A DNA stretch of 24,653 bases from a virus (Duplodnaviria; Caudoviricetes): positions 1-24,653 of the IMG/VR virus record IMGVR_UViG_3300042471_000399, one strand, 5' to 3'. Of the stretch, positions 16,153 through 24,653 are shown piece after piece. The notes beneath the pieces were generated by a model that was given only the letters and a program-made list of their open reading frames with translations, did not search any database and was not told where the DNA came from. Both the position numbers and the translations under genes were made by a program. Within the stretch, counting starts at the first letter, position 1, and each line of letters begins with the position of its first letter.

Positions 16153-19100
16153 CGTAGGCCAGTCTCCTCAGTTGCGGCATGATCTTCAACTGGAGATTCA
16201 TGTTCCGGTCGAGTTCATCGATGATCCTTCTCTTCTCAGCCGGATCAATATCCATGCGGAGGATGACATCCTTCTGGTCACGATATCTCTTCATCAACTT
16301 ATCGAGGACATTCACGCCGCTCTTGAGTTGAAGAATGTTCTCGTTCTCAAGCATGTAAGCCTGAAGTTCATCGACGCGACCCTGATCCTTCAGGGCGTTG
16401 ATGCTTCCGACAATACCATTGATATTCCGATCCAGTTCATAGAACTGTTCCTGCAATCCCGGTCGGTTTGCGGTCGTGAAGAACCGTCGCACGAACGGAT
16501 ACTCAAACCACTTCCTCTGCGGATACTGCATGTCGTTATCGCGAAGCAATGTATCTGCGACATCGAGGGTATAGGTTCCAAGGCTACCAAGGTAACCATT
16601 CATCAAGTGATCCAGTTTCAGCGGTGAGATACCGGTCGCTTCGCCTACGCGACGAGCGAGTTCGTTCGTACCGAATCGCGCTTGAGCAATCGCATCTCGA
16701 TCCTGCATGTACTGTGGGACGATGGGCCTTCCCGTGAAGGTGTCGTAGTTCGCGACCGTCTCAAGGATCGGCAAGATCGCCTGCGGAACAGGGTTAAACG
16801 CCAAAGTGCTGGTCGTTGCGCGGAGAAGTGAATCGCGCAGATCCTTCGACGTAGTGTCTCCATAGGACATGTCGAGGATACGTTCCGGGATTGTCTTGAA
16901 GAGGATACCCACTTCGAAGGGAATCGGAATCTTTACGGCAAAGCCCGGTTCTTTATTGGCAAGGTCTGCCTTCTTGATCGGGATCAAGTAGTAGTTGTCC
17001 TTCACTTCCTGATTCTCGTTCTCATATAACTCATCGTCAGAGATCATGGCGTAGTACAAGCCAGTCAATCCGACCATGAGTCCTGCGCGAACAACGAATC
17101 TCTGGATGTTCTTACGACGGTCTCTCGTTACACCAGAAGTTCCGGTCGCCGCCTGATACAACTTGTCGAGACCTTGGATACGCGCATTCAAGAACGGCAC
17201 CGTTGCGGTGACGAGTCTCAACTGCGGGTTCCGTCCACGCCGTCCGTAGTTGATGACAGACAGCGCCTGATAGGCGGCTTCTACCCAGTCGCCTGTTCTC
17301 TTGAGCGTGTCCTCATAGACCGCATTGCGGGTCGAGGCTTCTGCCTTATCGGAGATTGTTCCAAGGAAATCCCATGCGCCTTTAAGTGGACGGACATAGT
17401 TCGAATTAACGACCTCATCCCACTTCGTCTCTTCGCGGACAGGGATCTCATGCCCTCTCTTACGAGCCTCGTCTGAGAGGAACTTGACCACATCCTGCGG
17501 ATCACGGGCGAAGTCATATCCGCCTACCACACCAAAGCGGGTAAGGTTATCCAGACCGCGATTGAAGTTCCGTGCAGTATCTACCGCAGGGATGATATTC
17601 GCTCCGCTTGTGAGGAGAACAGAGACGGTATCGCGGGCCATGTTCGCGATGAGGTAACCCGGTTCACGGACAATGAGTTCTCGCAATACAGTCGCCGGAA
17701 CCCTAAATAGATTCCCCAGTAGCCCATCCAGATTGACATCTGGGATCGCCTGCATGGATTCGAAGATCAGCGGATCGTCGATGAATGCAGTGACGCGCTT
17801 GCCGTTGACCTTGAGATTGACGGTCGGTTTCCCTTCGACATTCTCTCCGGGTTGTTTAAACCGACCCATTCCAATGTTGACCATGTCCCTGACGATGCGC
17901 TGCTGGGCGACGTTCTTCATGCCCATCGCAATCGCCGCATCGAGGTTGGAGAGAATCGCCTCCATGAGCGGGACGTTGATCCCCTCCTCACTGCCTCTCA
18001 AGGCTTTGAGGGTCGATGCGGTGGTGAGGTTACCGCCGAATACACTTGGGTCAGAGATGTCCTTACCGGTCTTATCCGTTCGATAGAAGGGGAAATAGTC
18101 GGACTGACTCAGCCACTTGGTTGCACCCGCATCGTCGATCATTCCCGTATCGCGCAGGAACTTGATGGTGTTGGCGTTGTACGCCTGCCATGCGTCATAC
18201 CATTCCCTGATGATGGGCTGACCGGTATTCGGGTTGATGTACTGATTCGCCTCCTGCTCAATCTCTTGCAGGAACTTGGCATCAGCAGGTACGGCTTTTC
18301 CTTCCTTGCTTAAACGCTCTCCGCGCTTGGCAACCGCATACGCCTGAGCCAGTTTTTCAAGGCTGGCGTTGTAGGGATTGTTGTAGAGCGGGGCGAGGAC
18401 ATCCAAGAGTCCCTTGTACTGCCTGCCGTTATGGACGAACGGATCGACACGGAATCCGCCATCGACATAGACCGGAACGCCTTCAGTGATCGCCGCTGCG
18501 AAGATCGCCTTGCTTCGATCTGCAAACTCTGCCGCTGCCAGTGAACTGACTGCCGCAGTGTTATGCATTAACGAAGGATGGTTCTGGTTATAGAACTCCA
18601 GACGTGAGAAGTTAAAGATCGACTCCTGACGAATCTTATCCACGGTGTCCCGGAACGGGGACATCTTCATGGAGTTGATCACTGTCTTGGCAGGATCTTG
18701 ATTCGGAGGATCGGGAACAACCTGATCCAGAATCGTCTTGATGTTCGGGTTTTTGTAGTTCGGCTGGTTCTTGCGCGAGTAACGCACTTCATCATCCGGG
18801 GTCAGTTTCAGACCTTGCTCCGGATTCTGTGCGACATAGAGCGCATCAGGTGACGCCGCTAAGTTGTAAAGCGGAACCGCAAGTGCTGGCGTAGATTCGA
18901 TATCCGCCCTCGCATTCTCAACCGCTTGGTCGAGTTGCGCTTGCGGTCTTTCAATAGGCGTTACTTCTGCGGCGGTTTTTGCTGCGCCTTGCTGTCCTTC
19001 TTGTCCTTGCCAGACGATGCTGCCGTCACCGGCAAGGTCGATGCGCGATGGAGGGTACCGACGCTGTAGAAGTTCAACTTCTTGTAGTCTTCCTCTGTCG

Positions 19101-22100
19101 CGTAATGAGCCGAGAAACGCTTCTCCATTTCTGTTCTCCTTCCAATCGTTCTTTGTAGAGGATAGCACAACCTGACTAACTATGGAACGGTCAGGCTTTA
19201 CTCCGGTTTCATCCGCCGCTTTATTTGCTGCGCTAATAATTTTTTCAACTTCGTTCCTGCGCCAGTTGCCCGCAAAGTTTAAAAGACGAATACCCGGCAT
19301 CCCATCGATAAGGATTTGCTGGAAGCCCGGAGCAATCGGATCACCTTCTTTATTCTTTGGTGCGAACTCAAGGAACTTGGAGAAGAACTTCGTCGCGTTA
19401 TCAACGGAGTCAAGGTTAGGCGAGAGAATGTCAATCGCCATGTTCTTGCCCGAAGCAAGTGAACGGGTGTTGATGATCTCCGTCTGCTGGAAGGCGTAGC
19501 CGACCATGTCCATGAAGTCATTGACGGCTTCAGGACTCGCGACCGCATCTAGTTGAATCGCGCCTTCTAACCATTGAAGGTAAGCGCCGACACCTGCGAC
19601 GTTCTGTTTAACCCGGATACCCGCAAGGTCTGCGAGGAAATCAATTTCTCTCTGAGCGACATTGACGGGTATTTCTTTACCTGCGAGTTTGTCTGCGAGG
19701 ACAGAGTTTGCGCCGGGAGCCAAGCCAATAGAAACACGGCGCGTGTTACCACCAATGATGTCACGAACGAACTCTGCATCGACGCCCATGGCTCGTTGCA
19801 TCGTCACCCAGCCAACAGCCTGAACTTCGCGAGCGGTCCAACCGCCCCCATCAAAGTTCTGTCTGTTGAGCATCTCAGCGACATCGTTGTAGAAGTCGAT
19901 GCCGTACTCGTACTGCGATTCTCCTGAGGTGGTCTTATCTACCTGAAGTCGATTGGCTGCTTCATCACCAAAGTTCTTGCGGATATATTCCTGCACGGTC
20001 GGATCGACAAAGCCGATATCACGCTGCGCCCAGACATCGATTGCCGCAGGCTGTCTGCCACGGACATCACCACGAACCACCGTTCGCGTATCCAACCCAA
20101 GTTCGCTGTCGAGGAAGTCGAGGAGTTTGTCGCCTACACCGCCCTCTGGAACTCTGTCGCTCAGGACATCAATCAGTGCCTGCTGGTTTAAACCTGCCTT
20201 CTTAACTTCAGGTTTACCAACGGCCATGTCCGCCGCTCGCAACACGTCCGTGAATCCCTTCGTGGGACTGGCGCGTTTCTGTGAGAGCAGCCATGCGAGT
20301 GCGTACTTCGGAGTCTCATCACCGAAGATGGGACGGAAGGCTTCATCTAACTGTCGATACCACCCGCGAGCATCTTTGATTTCCTCCATGCTCATGAGGG
20401 TATTGACACGGTTTAACCAGTCTTCGTTGGTGATCTTTCCAACCAAGAATGAGGGTCTACCCGGAGCCGTCAATTCAACACGTTCATTACGGGGCGCACC
20501 GACACCGGGTTCCCGTGCGAGGCGGCGACGAATGCGGCCTTCGGCCTCTTCAGGTGTAACGATATCTGCAAGAGGACTGCGGCGAGATTCAAGGATCACA
20601 TCGGTCTCAAGACCGAAGTCACCCATGTTCCCCACAGCAGACTTAATCTGATTCGGGTTGAAGACCGCAAGGTTCTTCTCACCCTGCTCTTCGACGTACA
20701 TGGAGTCGTAGCCAAGTTCCCGGATCGCATCAAGGATTGGCGCGTTGCCATCCGATCCTTCGATAGTCTCCCAGTTACCTTGACCAATCTCCTCGACCAT
20801 GGACGCGGTGATATCTGCACCGTTCTGTCTTGCTCGACGAACGACAGCGCGGACATCGTCCTTATTGTCGTAGTCCCAAGGACGCTCTGCCCTGACATAG
20901 ACAGGCATCAGATTCGCACTGGAAGGCAGGCGAGTCTGGATAGCATTGAGATAACGGGAACTGCGACCTTGAGAAGCCACCTCTTTGATGGCTTCCAGAG
21001 ACTTGACGTTGATGGCTTTGCCATTCGCAATGTCCCTTGCGATTCGATCACGCTCGACGCGCATCTTGTCAAAGAGTTGCGGTGAGAATGCTGCTGGATT
21101 GGACAGCGTCTCGTTCATCACATCCAAGACCTGTTGGTCTGACATGAAGTCCGGGAAGTTGCTGACCATGTAGTTGTCAGAGAGGAACGCAAACTCTTCT
21201 GCGAAGGTAGGGTTCTTGGTGACGAAGACAGATCCGGCTTGCTTCGGACGGAACCGATCAATGATCGCTCCAGTTCCGTGGTAGAAAACTTGCGGGCGAC
21301 CCTGTCCGTCTTTGGCTTTGCTCTTACCGAACCAGCGCCAGAAGTTGGTTAAACCCTGTTCCGTGTTTCGGGTTGCCCTGCCAACTTGTTCTGCGCCTTC
21401 TCCGCCAAGGAAAATGGGACGGCCTTCGGCATTGGTGGTCGAAACCGATTCGCCTTCGACAGAGATACGGGGAGGCAGACGGCGGGATTCCAAAATGTTT
21501 GGGCTATAAATTTCAAATGTGCCGACGTTACCAACAGCAGATTTAATTTGATTTGGATTAAACGCAACAATTTCGCCAATGTTTCCATTGCGACTCTGGA
21601 TGATTCCATCAAATCCTTGATCTTGCGCCCTGCTCCTAACTTCTGTGGTGATATAACCTTTTTTATCGTAAGCCCTTTCTACTATACGAGATGCCTTGTT
21701 CTCACTTTCACCAAGCCTTACCAAGGCTTCTATCATTGGATCTACAGAAATAGATCCATCTATGATAAGTGGATTTTTGATGGACACATAAGCAGGGACA
21801 ATGTTTCCGCCTTCGCGTGTTGCGTACTCTCCAGCAAACTCAGGAGACGGAGTGAAGTAAATACCGGTTCCAAGAGCGCCACCTAATCTACTTGCCTTGA
21901 AGGATTTAATGTCAGCGCCAGTCCCATGATAAACAACAAGAGGCTGACCATTAGCATCAACAACCTTACTGTTGCCAAAGAATCTCTTAAATTCAGGCGT
22001 ATCAATCTGCGGATTACGAATACGCGACTCCATGATCTCTGCACCCTGAAGAAGTTCCGGGGGGAGATCTGCCGTAGCCCTTGGACGGGCCGCAGGCGGC

Positions 22101-24652
22101 GCAGGAGGAGCGGTAGCAGCAGCAGGCGTAACGACGGCAGGGGCTGGGGCAGCGCCTCCCAGAATGCCCGCTAATCGTTCCGGAGTCGTACCCGCACGGG
22201 ACAGCGCAGCCTCAGTGGCACGGAGGGTGCGGATCTCACCACGCTGACGAGCGCCCACCTCGCCACGCTCGAAGCGGGAGAGGATGTCTCCGTAGGTCTG
22301 GAACCCAGTTCCGGTGAGGGCAGAGCGTAGTCTTTGGAAGAACTGCGCCATTCTCTCCAGAAGGTTCCGTGGACGGCCTGATACCTTCAGTTGCTTGGCG
22401 GTGTAGTCACGGAACATATCCGCGACCGCCTCTTCGATCTGGATCACCCCACTACGATCTGAGTAGTTGGTCTTGGCGATGTCGAAGTAGGTCTGATTAG
22501 TACCCGGTTTCTTGACCTTGGTGATGGCGTTCTCAAGGTTCGACCACTCGTCCTGTTTCCACAGGTCCAGAAGACGGGCAGCATGGATCACCTCGTGACC
22601 CATCACCTGATTAAGAGCATTTAAACGCTGCTCTGGTGTCAGCGAGCCATCGGGATCTACGCGATCCACTGCGAGGAAGATCTGCTTTAGGCGCGGATCG
22701 AAGAAGGCTTCGGTCTCCTCGCCTGCAATCTCTCCAGTCGGCTGGATCAGGTTTCGTTCAATGTTGAGTCCAATGTCGTTGAGTCCATAACCGCGCAGGG
22801 ACTGACGCAGTGCCTTGCGGATGGGGACAAGATTGCCTACACCACCCGGAGGAGCGGGCAATGCTAGAACCGGCTTCGGTTCTACCTTGACGCCTTGCTT
22901 GGAAAGGTCTCGCTTGAGTACCGAAAGCGTCTCATCGACCTTCGGATAATCTTTCGGCAACCGCGCTGCTTCGATGATCTGATCATCGGTCGGGGTCACA
23001 CCACGGGCATTCGCGCCTTGAATGAACTTCGAGGCACGAACAAAGTTCTCACGGTTGTATGGCTTGAACTCAAAGACTGGAAGTTTGGTCGCTTTGTTAA
23101 AGCGCGGAAGTCCAGCAAGTTTCTTGAAGAACATGCGCGACTCGCCGTAGTCCATGCCACGAATGGAGTCTTTGCCAATGAGATTCTTGGCAAGCGCATC
23201 GATCTCTGGAGAATCAATCTCAGAGGTAACATTCTTAGAACGCAGCAGATCCGTGATCGCATTCAATGCTGCATTCTTGTAGACCGACGTGATGGGACGG
23301 CCCGTGACTGCATCGTAATTGCGGATGAAGTCGAGAGTCGGTTGACTCAACGAAGTTGTCTGAAGGTCAATCGGGATGTCTCTCGTCAAACGAGAGAAGT
23401 CATTGCCGAGAGAACCGCGAGTCTCTTCGAGGGTAAAGACGTTGCTCTCAGGCTTTCCTTCCTGAGAACGCATCTTGTTGATCTCTTGAGCCTTGGTCAG
23501 GTTCTTGATGACCCGAGGCTGACCACCCTCCGGTGTGTACTCGTAGCCAATGACACGACCACGCTTGTCCTTGGCTTTGGGCAGGTTCTCAACCTGACGC
23601 CAACTCAACGCCTCTGCGTACTGAGGGCCGACCGTGTTGGCCGCTTCGTTGATGGCAACCGCAGAGAAGTTATTCGCATCCGGGTTGAGGGTGCGATAGC
23701 CGTAACTGAAAAGGCTCTGCGTCGTTTCCGGATCGTAGTTCTGACCCGAAGTTTCCAGAGAGTTGAGGATTGCTCCACGAACATTCTGGTTGACAACCTC
23801 TTTGTTTAAACTAAAGGCAGTGGCATTCGCTTGCTCGAAAGTTCTAAGCGGCTGGCCGTAACGCTTACCTTCGGTGTCGATGATCGAGAAGGTCGGTTGT
23901 GGATTCCCGGCTTCATCGCGAATGGTCTCTCCCTGCTGAACAGAGAACTGACCAAAGTTCGGGAAGTAATCACCTAAAGTACGAGCGATCTTCTGTCCAT
24001 AGGCAACGCCGAACTCGACATCGTTTCGGAACTTTCTTGGACTTCCCTCTAAAGAAAAGAATTCCGAGACATCTGGAGGGGCGATAGTGTCCGCTTGAGT
24101 GCGAGCCTCAGCCGCCTGCGCGTCAAGGTTAGCCTGATCTGCCTCGCCCTGAAGACGGCGCTGATTCTCAGCCTCAAGGGCTGCACGGAACTCTGCGGCT
24201 CGACGCTCTTCTTCCTGACGAAGTTCCGCCTCGCGTTGGCGATCAACCTCGTTGGTAATATTTGCACGGGCAAGGTTGTACTCTGCCTGTTGGGTAGGAG
24301 AGGCAATCTCAATACCTGCTCCAAGGCCAAAGCCCACCGCGCCTTCCAGTGCCGCAGCCGAAGCCACGCCGCGCATGGTCGGGATGTCTTCGAAGCCTTC
24401 TCTCTGAAGGGCAATGTTCCCAGCCGCTTGTTCTTGTGCGGCTTGAATGAATTCAGGGGCCGCTTCCTTCGCACCTGCAAAGAGTGCCTTCGTCAATGTG
24501 CCTTTCGAAGCCGCATTACTGGTCGCGACGTTCTTGAGGATGCGACTTGCCAGTGCCTTTTCGAGACCGGTTCCAGCAGCCAATCCACCCAGTCCTGCAC
24601 CGAGCAGGATCTGATCCAGATTCTCGCCACCGTATTCCTGAGCCAGTTTTGC
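16130..24652 (-). CDS. Giant polyvalent protein (>2840 aa, 5' end outside the window): zincin, two ART-like domains, glycosylase-like domain, LPD38-like C-terminus; probably an internal virion/ejected protein
   Basis: The frame stays open from 24583 to the window edge. GHEVIH...EEAVAD; two YHGT...[YF]xT...FNPNQIKSAVGNxGxF units; AIDVW...QAVGW; C-terminal VPFLNARIQG...KIPIPFEVG...NYDTFTGRPIVP...SPLKLDHLMNGYLG. Confidence 0.85.
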   Translation of the reverse strand, partial: AKLAQEYGGENLDQILLGAGLGGLAAGTGLEKALASRILKNVATSNAASKGTLTKALFAGAKEAAPEFIQAAQEQAAGNIALQREGFEDIPTMRGVASAAALEGAVGFGLGAGIEIASPTQQAEYNLARANITNEVDRQREAELRQEEERRAAEFRAALEAENQRRLQGEADQANLDAQAAEARTQADTIAPPDVSEFFSLEGSPRKFRNDVEFGVAYGQKIARTLGDYFPNFGQFSVQQGETIRDEAGNPQPTFSIIDTEGKRYGQPLRTFEQANATAFSLNKEVVNQNVRGAILNSLETSGQNYDPETTQSLFSYGYRTLNPDANNFSAVAINEAANTVGPQYAEALSWRQVENLPKAKDKRGRVIGYEYTPEGGQPRVIKNLTKAQEINKMRSQEGKPESNVFTLEETRGSLGNDFSRLTRDIPIDLQTTSLSQPTLDFIRNYDAVTGRPITSVYKNAALNAITDLLRSKNVTSEIDSPEIDALAKNLIGKDSIRGMDYGESRMFFKKLAGLPRFNKATKLPVFEFKPYNRENFVRASKFIQGANARGVTPTDDQIIEAARLPKDYPKVDETLSVLKRDLSKQGVKVEPKPVLALPAPPGGVGNLVPIRKALRQSLRGYGLNDIGLNIERNLIQPTGEIAGEETEAFFDPRLKQIFLAVDRVDPDGSLTPEQRLNALNQVMGHEVIHAARLLDLWKQDEWSNLENAITKVKKPGTNQTYFDIAKTNYSDRSGVIQIEEAVADMFRDYTAKQLKVSGRPRNLLERMAQFFQRLRSALTGTGFQTYGDILSRFERGEVGARQRGEIRTLRATEAALSRAGTTPERLAGILGGAAPAPAVVTPAAATAPPAPPAARPRATADLPPELLQGAEIMESRIRNPQIDTPEFKRFFGNSKVVDANGQPLVVYHGTGADIKSFKASRLGGALGTGIYFTPSPEFAGEYATREGGNIVPAYVSIKNPLIIDGSISVDPMIEALVRLGESENKASRIVERAYDKKGYITTEVRSRAQDQGFDGIIQSRNGNIGEIVAFNPNQIKSAVGNVGTFEIYSPNILESRRLPPRISVEGESVSTTNAEGRPIFLGGEGAEQVGRATRNTEQGLTNFWRWFGKSKAKDGQGRPQVFYHGTGAIIDRFRPKQAGSVFVTKNPTFAEEFAFLSDNYMVSNFPDFMSDQQVLDVMNETLSNPAAFSPQLFDKMRVERDRIARDIANGKAINVKSLEAIKEVASQGRSSRYLNAIQTRLPSSANLMPVYVRAERPWDYDNKDDVRAVVRRARQNGADITASMVEEIGQGNWETIEGSDGNAPILDAIRELGYDSMYVEEQGEKNLAVFNPNQIKSAVGNMGDFGLETDVILESRRSPLADIVTPEEAEGRIRRRLAREPGVGAPRNERVELTAPGRPSFLVGKITNEDWLNRVNTLMSMEEIKDARGWYRQLDEAFRPIFGDETPKYALAWLLSQKRASPTKGFTDVLRAADMAVGKPEVKKAGLNQQALIDVLSDRVPEGGVGDKLLDFLDSELGLDTRTVVRGDVRGRQPAAIDVWAQRDIGFVDPTVQEYIRKNFGDEAANRLQVDKTTSGESQYEYGIDFYNDVAEMLNRQNFDGGGWTAREVQAVGWVTMQRAMGVDAEFVRDIIGGNTRRVSIGLAPGANSVLADKLAGKEIPVNVAQREIDFLADLAGIRVKQNVAGVGAYLQWLEGAIQLDAVASPEAVNDFMDMVGYAFQQTEIINTRSLASGKNMAIDILSPNLDSVDNATKFFSKFLEFAPKNKEGDPIAPGFQQILIDGMPGIRLLNFAGNWRRNEVEKIISAANKAADETGVKPDRSIVSQVVLSSTKNDWKENRNGEAFLGSLRDRGRLQEVELLQRRYPPSRIDLAGDGSIVWQGQEGQQGAAKTAAEVTPIERPQAQLDQAVENARADIESTPALAVPLYNLAASPDALYVAQNPEQGLKLTPDDEVRYSRKNQPNYKNPNIKTILDQVVPDPPNQDPAKTVINSMKMSPFRDTVDKIRQESIFNFSRLEFYNQNHPSLMHNTAAVSSLAAAEFADRSKAIFAAAITEGVPVYVDGGFRVDPFVHNGRQYKGLLDVLAPLYNNPYNASLEKLAQAYAVAKRGERLSKEGKAVPADAKFLQEIEQEANQYINPNTGQPIIREWYDAWQAYNANTIKFLRDTGMIDDAGATKWLSQSDYFPFYRTDKTGKDISDPSVFGGNLTTASTLKALRGSEEGINVPLMEAILSNLDAAIAMGMKNVAQQRIVRDMVNIGMGRFKQPGENVEGKPTVNLKVNGKRVTAFIDDPLIFESMQAIPDVNLDGLLGNLFRVPATVLRELIVREPGYLIANMARDTVSVLLTSGANIIPAVDTARNFNRGLDNLTRFGVVGGYDFARDPQDVVKFLSDEARKRGHEIPVREETKWDEVVNSNYVRPLKGAWDFLGTISDKAEASTRNAVYEDTLKRTGDWVEAAYQALSVINYGRRGRNPQLRLVTATVPFLNARIQGLDKLYQAATGTSGVTRDRRKNIQRFVVRAGLMVGLTGLYYAMISDDELYENENQEVKDNYYLIPIKKADLANKEPGFAVKIPIPFEVGILFKTIPERILDMSYGDTTSKDLRDSLLRATTSTLAFNPVPQAILPILETVANYDTFTGRPIVPQYMQDRDAIAQARFGTNELARRVGEATGISPLKLDHLMNGYLGSLGTYTLDVADTLLRDNDMQYPQRKWFEYPFVRRFFTTANRPGLQEQFYELDRNINGIVGSINALKDQGRVDELQAYMLENENILQLKSGVNVLDKLMKRYRDQKDVILRMDIDPAEKRRIIDELDRNMNLQLKIMPQLRRLAYDEQRQAG

Positions 24653-24653
24653 T

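Larger units (their letters stand above)
343..23811. repeat. Dispersed palindromic octamer GTTTAAAC (6 exact, at least 29 one-mismatch copies)
   Basis: Exact copies at 4679, 6687, 11073, 17854, 20186, 23804; variants listed in findings. Hand count. Confidence 0.85.

Noticed and set aside
19953-20651. 232-aa plus-strand ORF
   Set aside because: Antisense shadow of the giant gene.
22895-23809. 304-aa plus-strand ORF
   Set aside because: Antisense shadow with no motifs or RBS.

Overview
The window is the non-structural half of a tailed dsDNA phage genome, probably from a proteobacterial host (sigma70-type promoters, an IHF consensus site, ninB, rusA). From left to right it holds: the 5' end of a leftward terminase small subunit; a divergent early region (structured leader, a canonical type II hammerhead ribozyme, SprT-like protease, MoxR/CobS-like AAA+ with a VWA-like partner, many small ORFs); a leftward T7 gp4/Twinkle-type primase-helicase and rusA; a rightward recombination module (PD-(D/E)XK exonuclease, DUF1071/Sak3-like annealase, SSB-like protein); a glycosyltransferase/FkbM cluster; ninB; and, converging from the right, the end of the late operon (HNH/DUF968-like nuclease and a >2800 aa polyvalent protein with zincin, two ADP-ribosyltransferase-like, glycosylase-like and LPD38-like domains). 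The main signals not explained by genes are (1) the palindrome GTTTAAAC and its one-mismatch variants, about once per 700 bp across the whole window, (2) the hammerhead ribozyme, and (3) two large structured intergenic regions, one apparently transcribed antisense to the primase-helicase leader. All calls come from reading the sequence by eye; no searches or folding programs were run.
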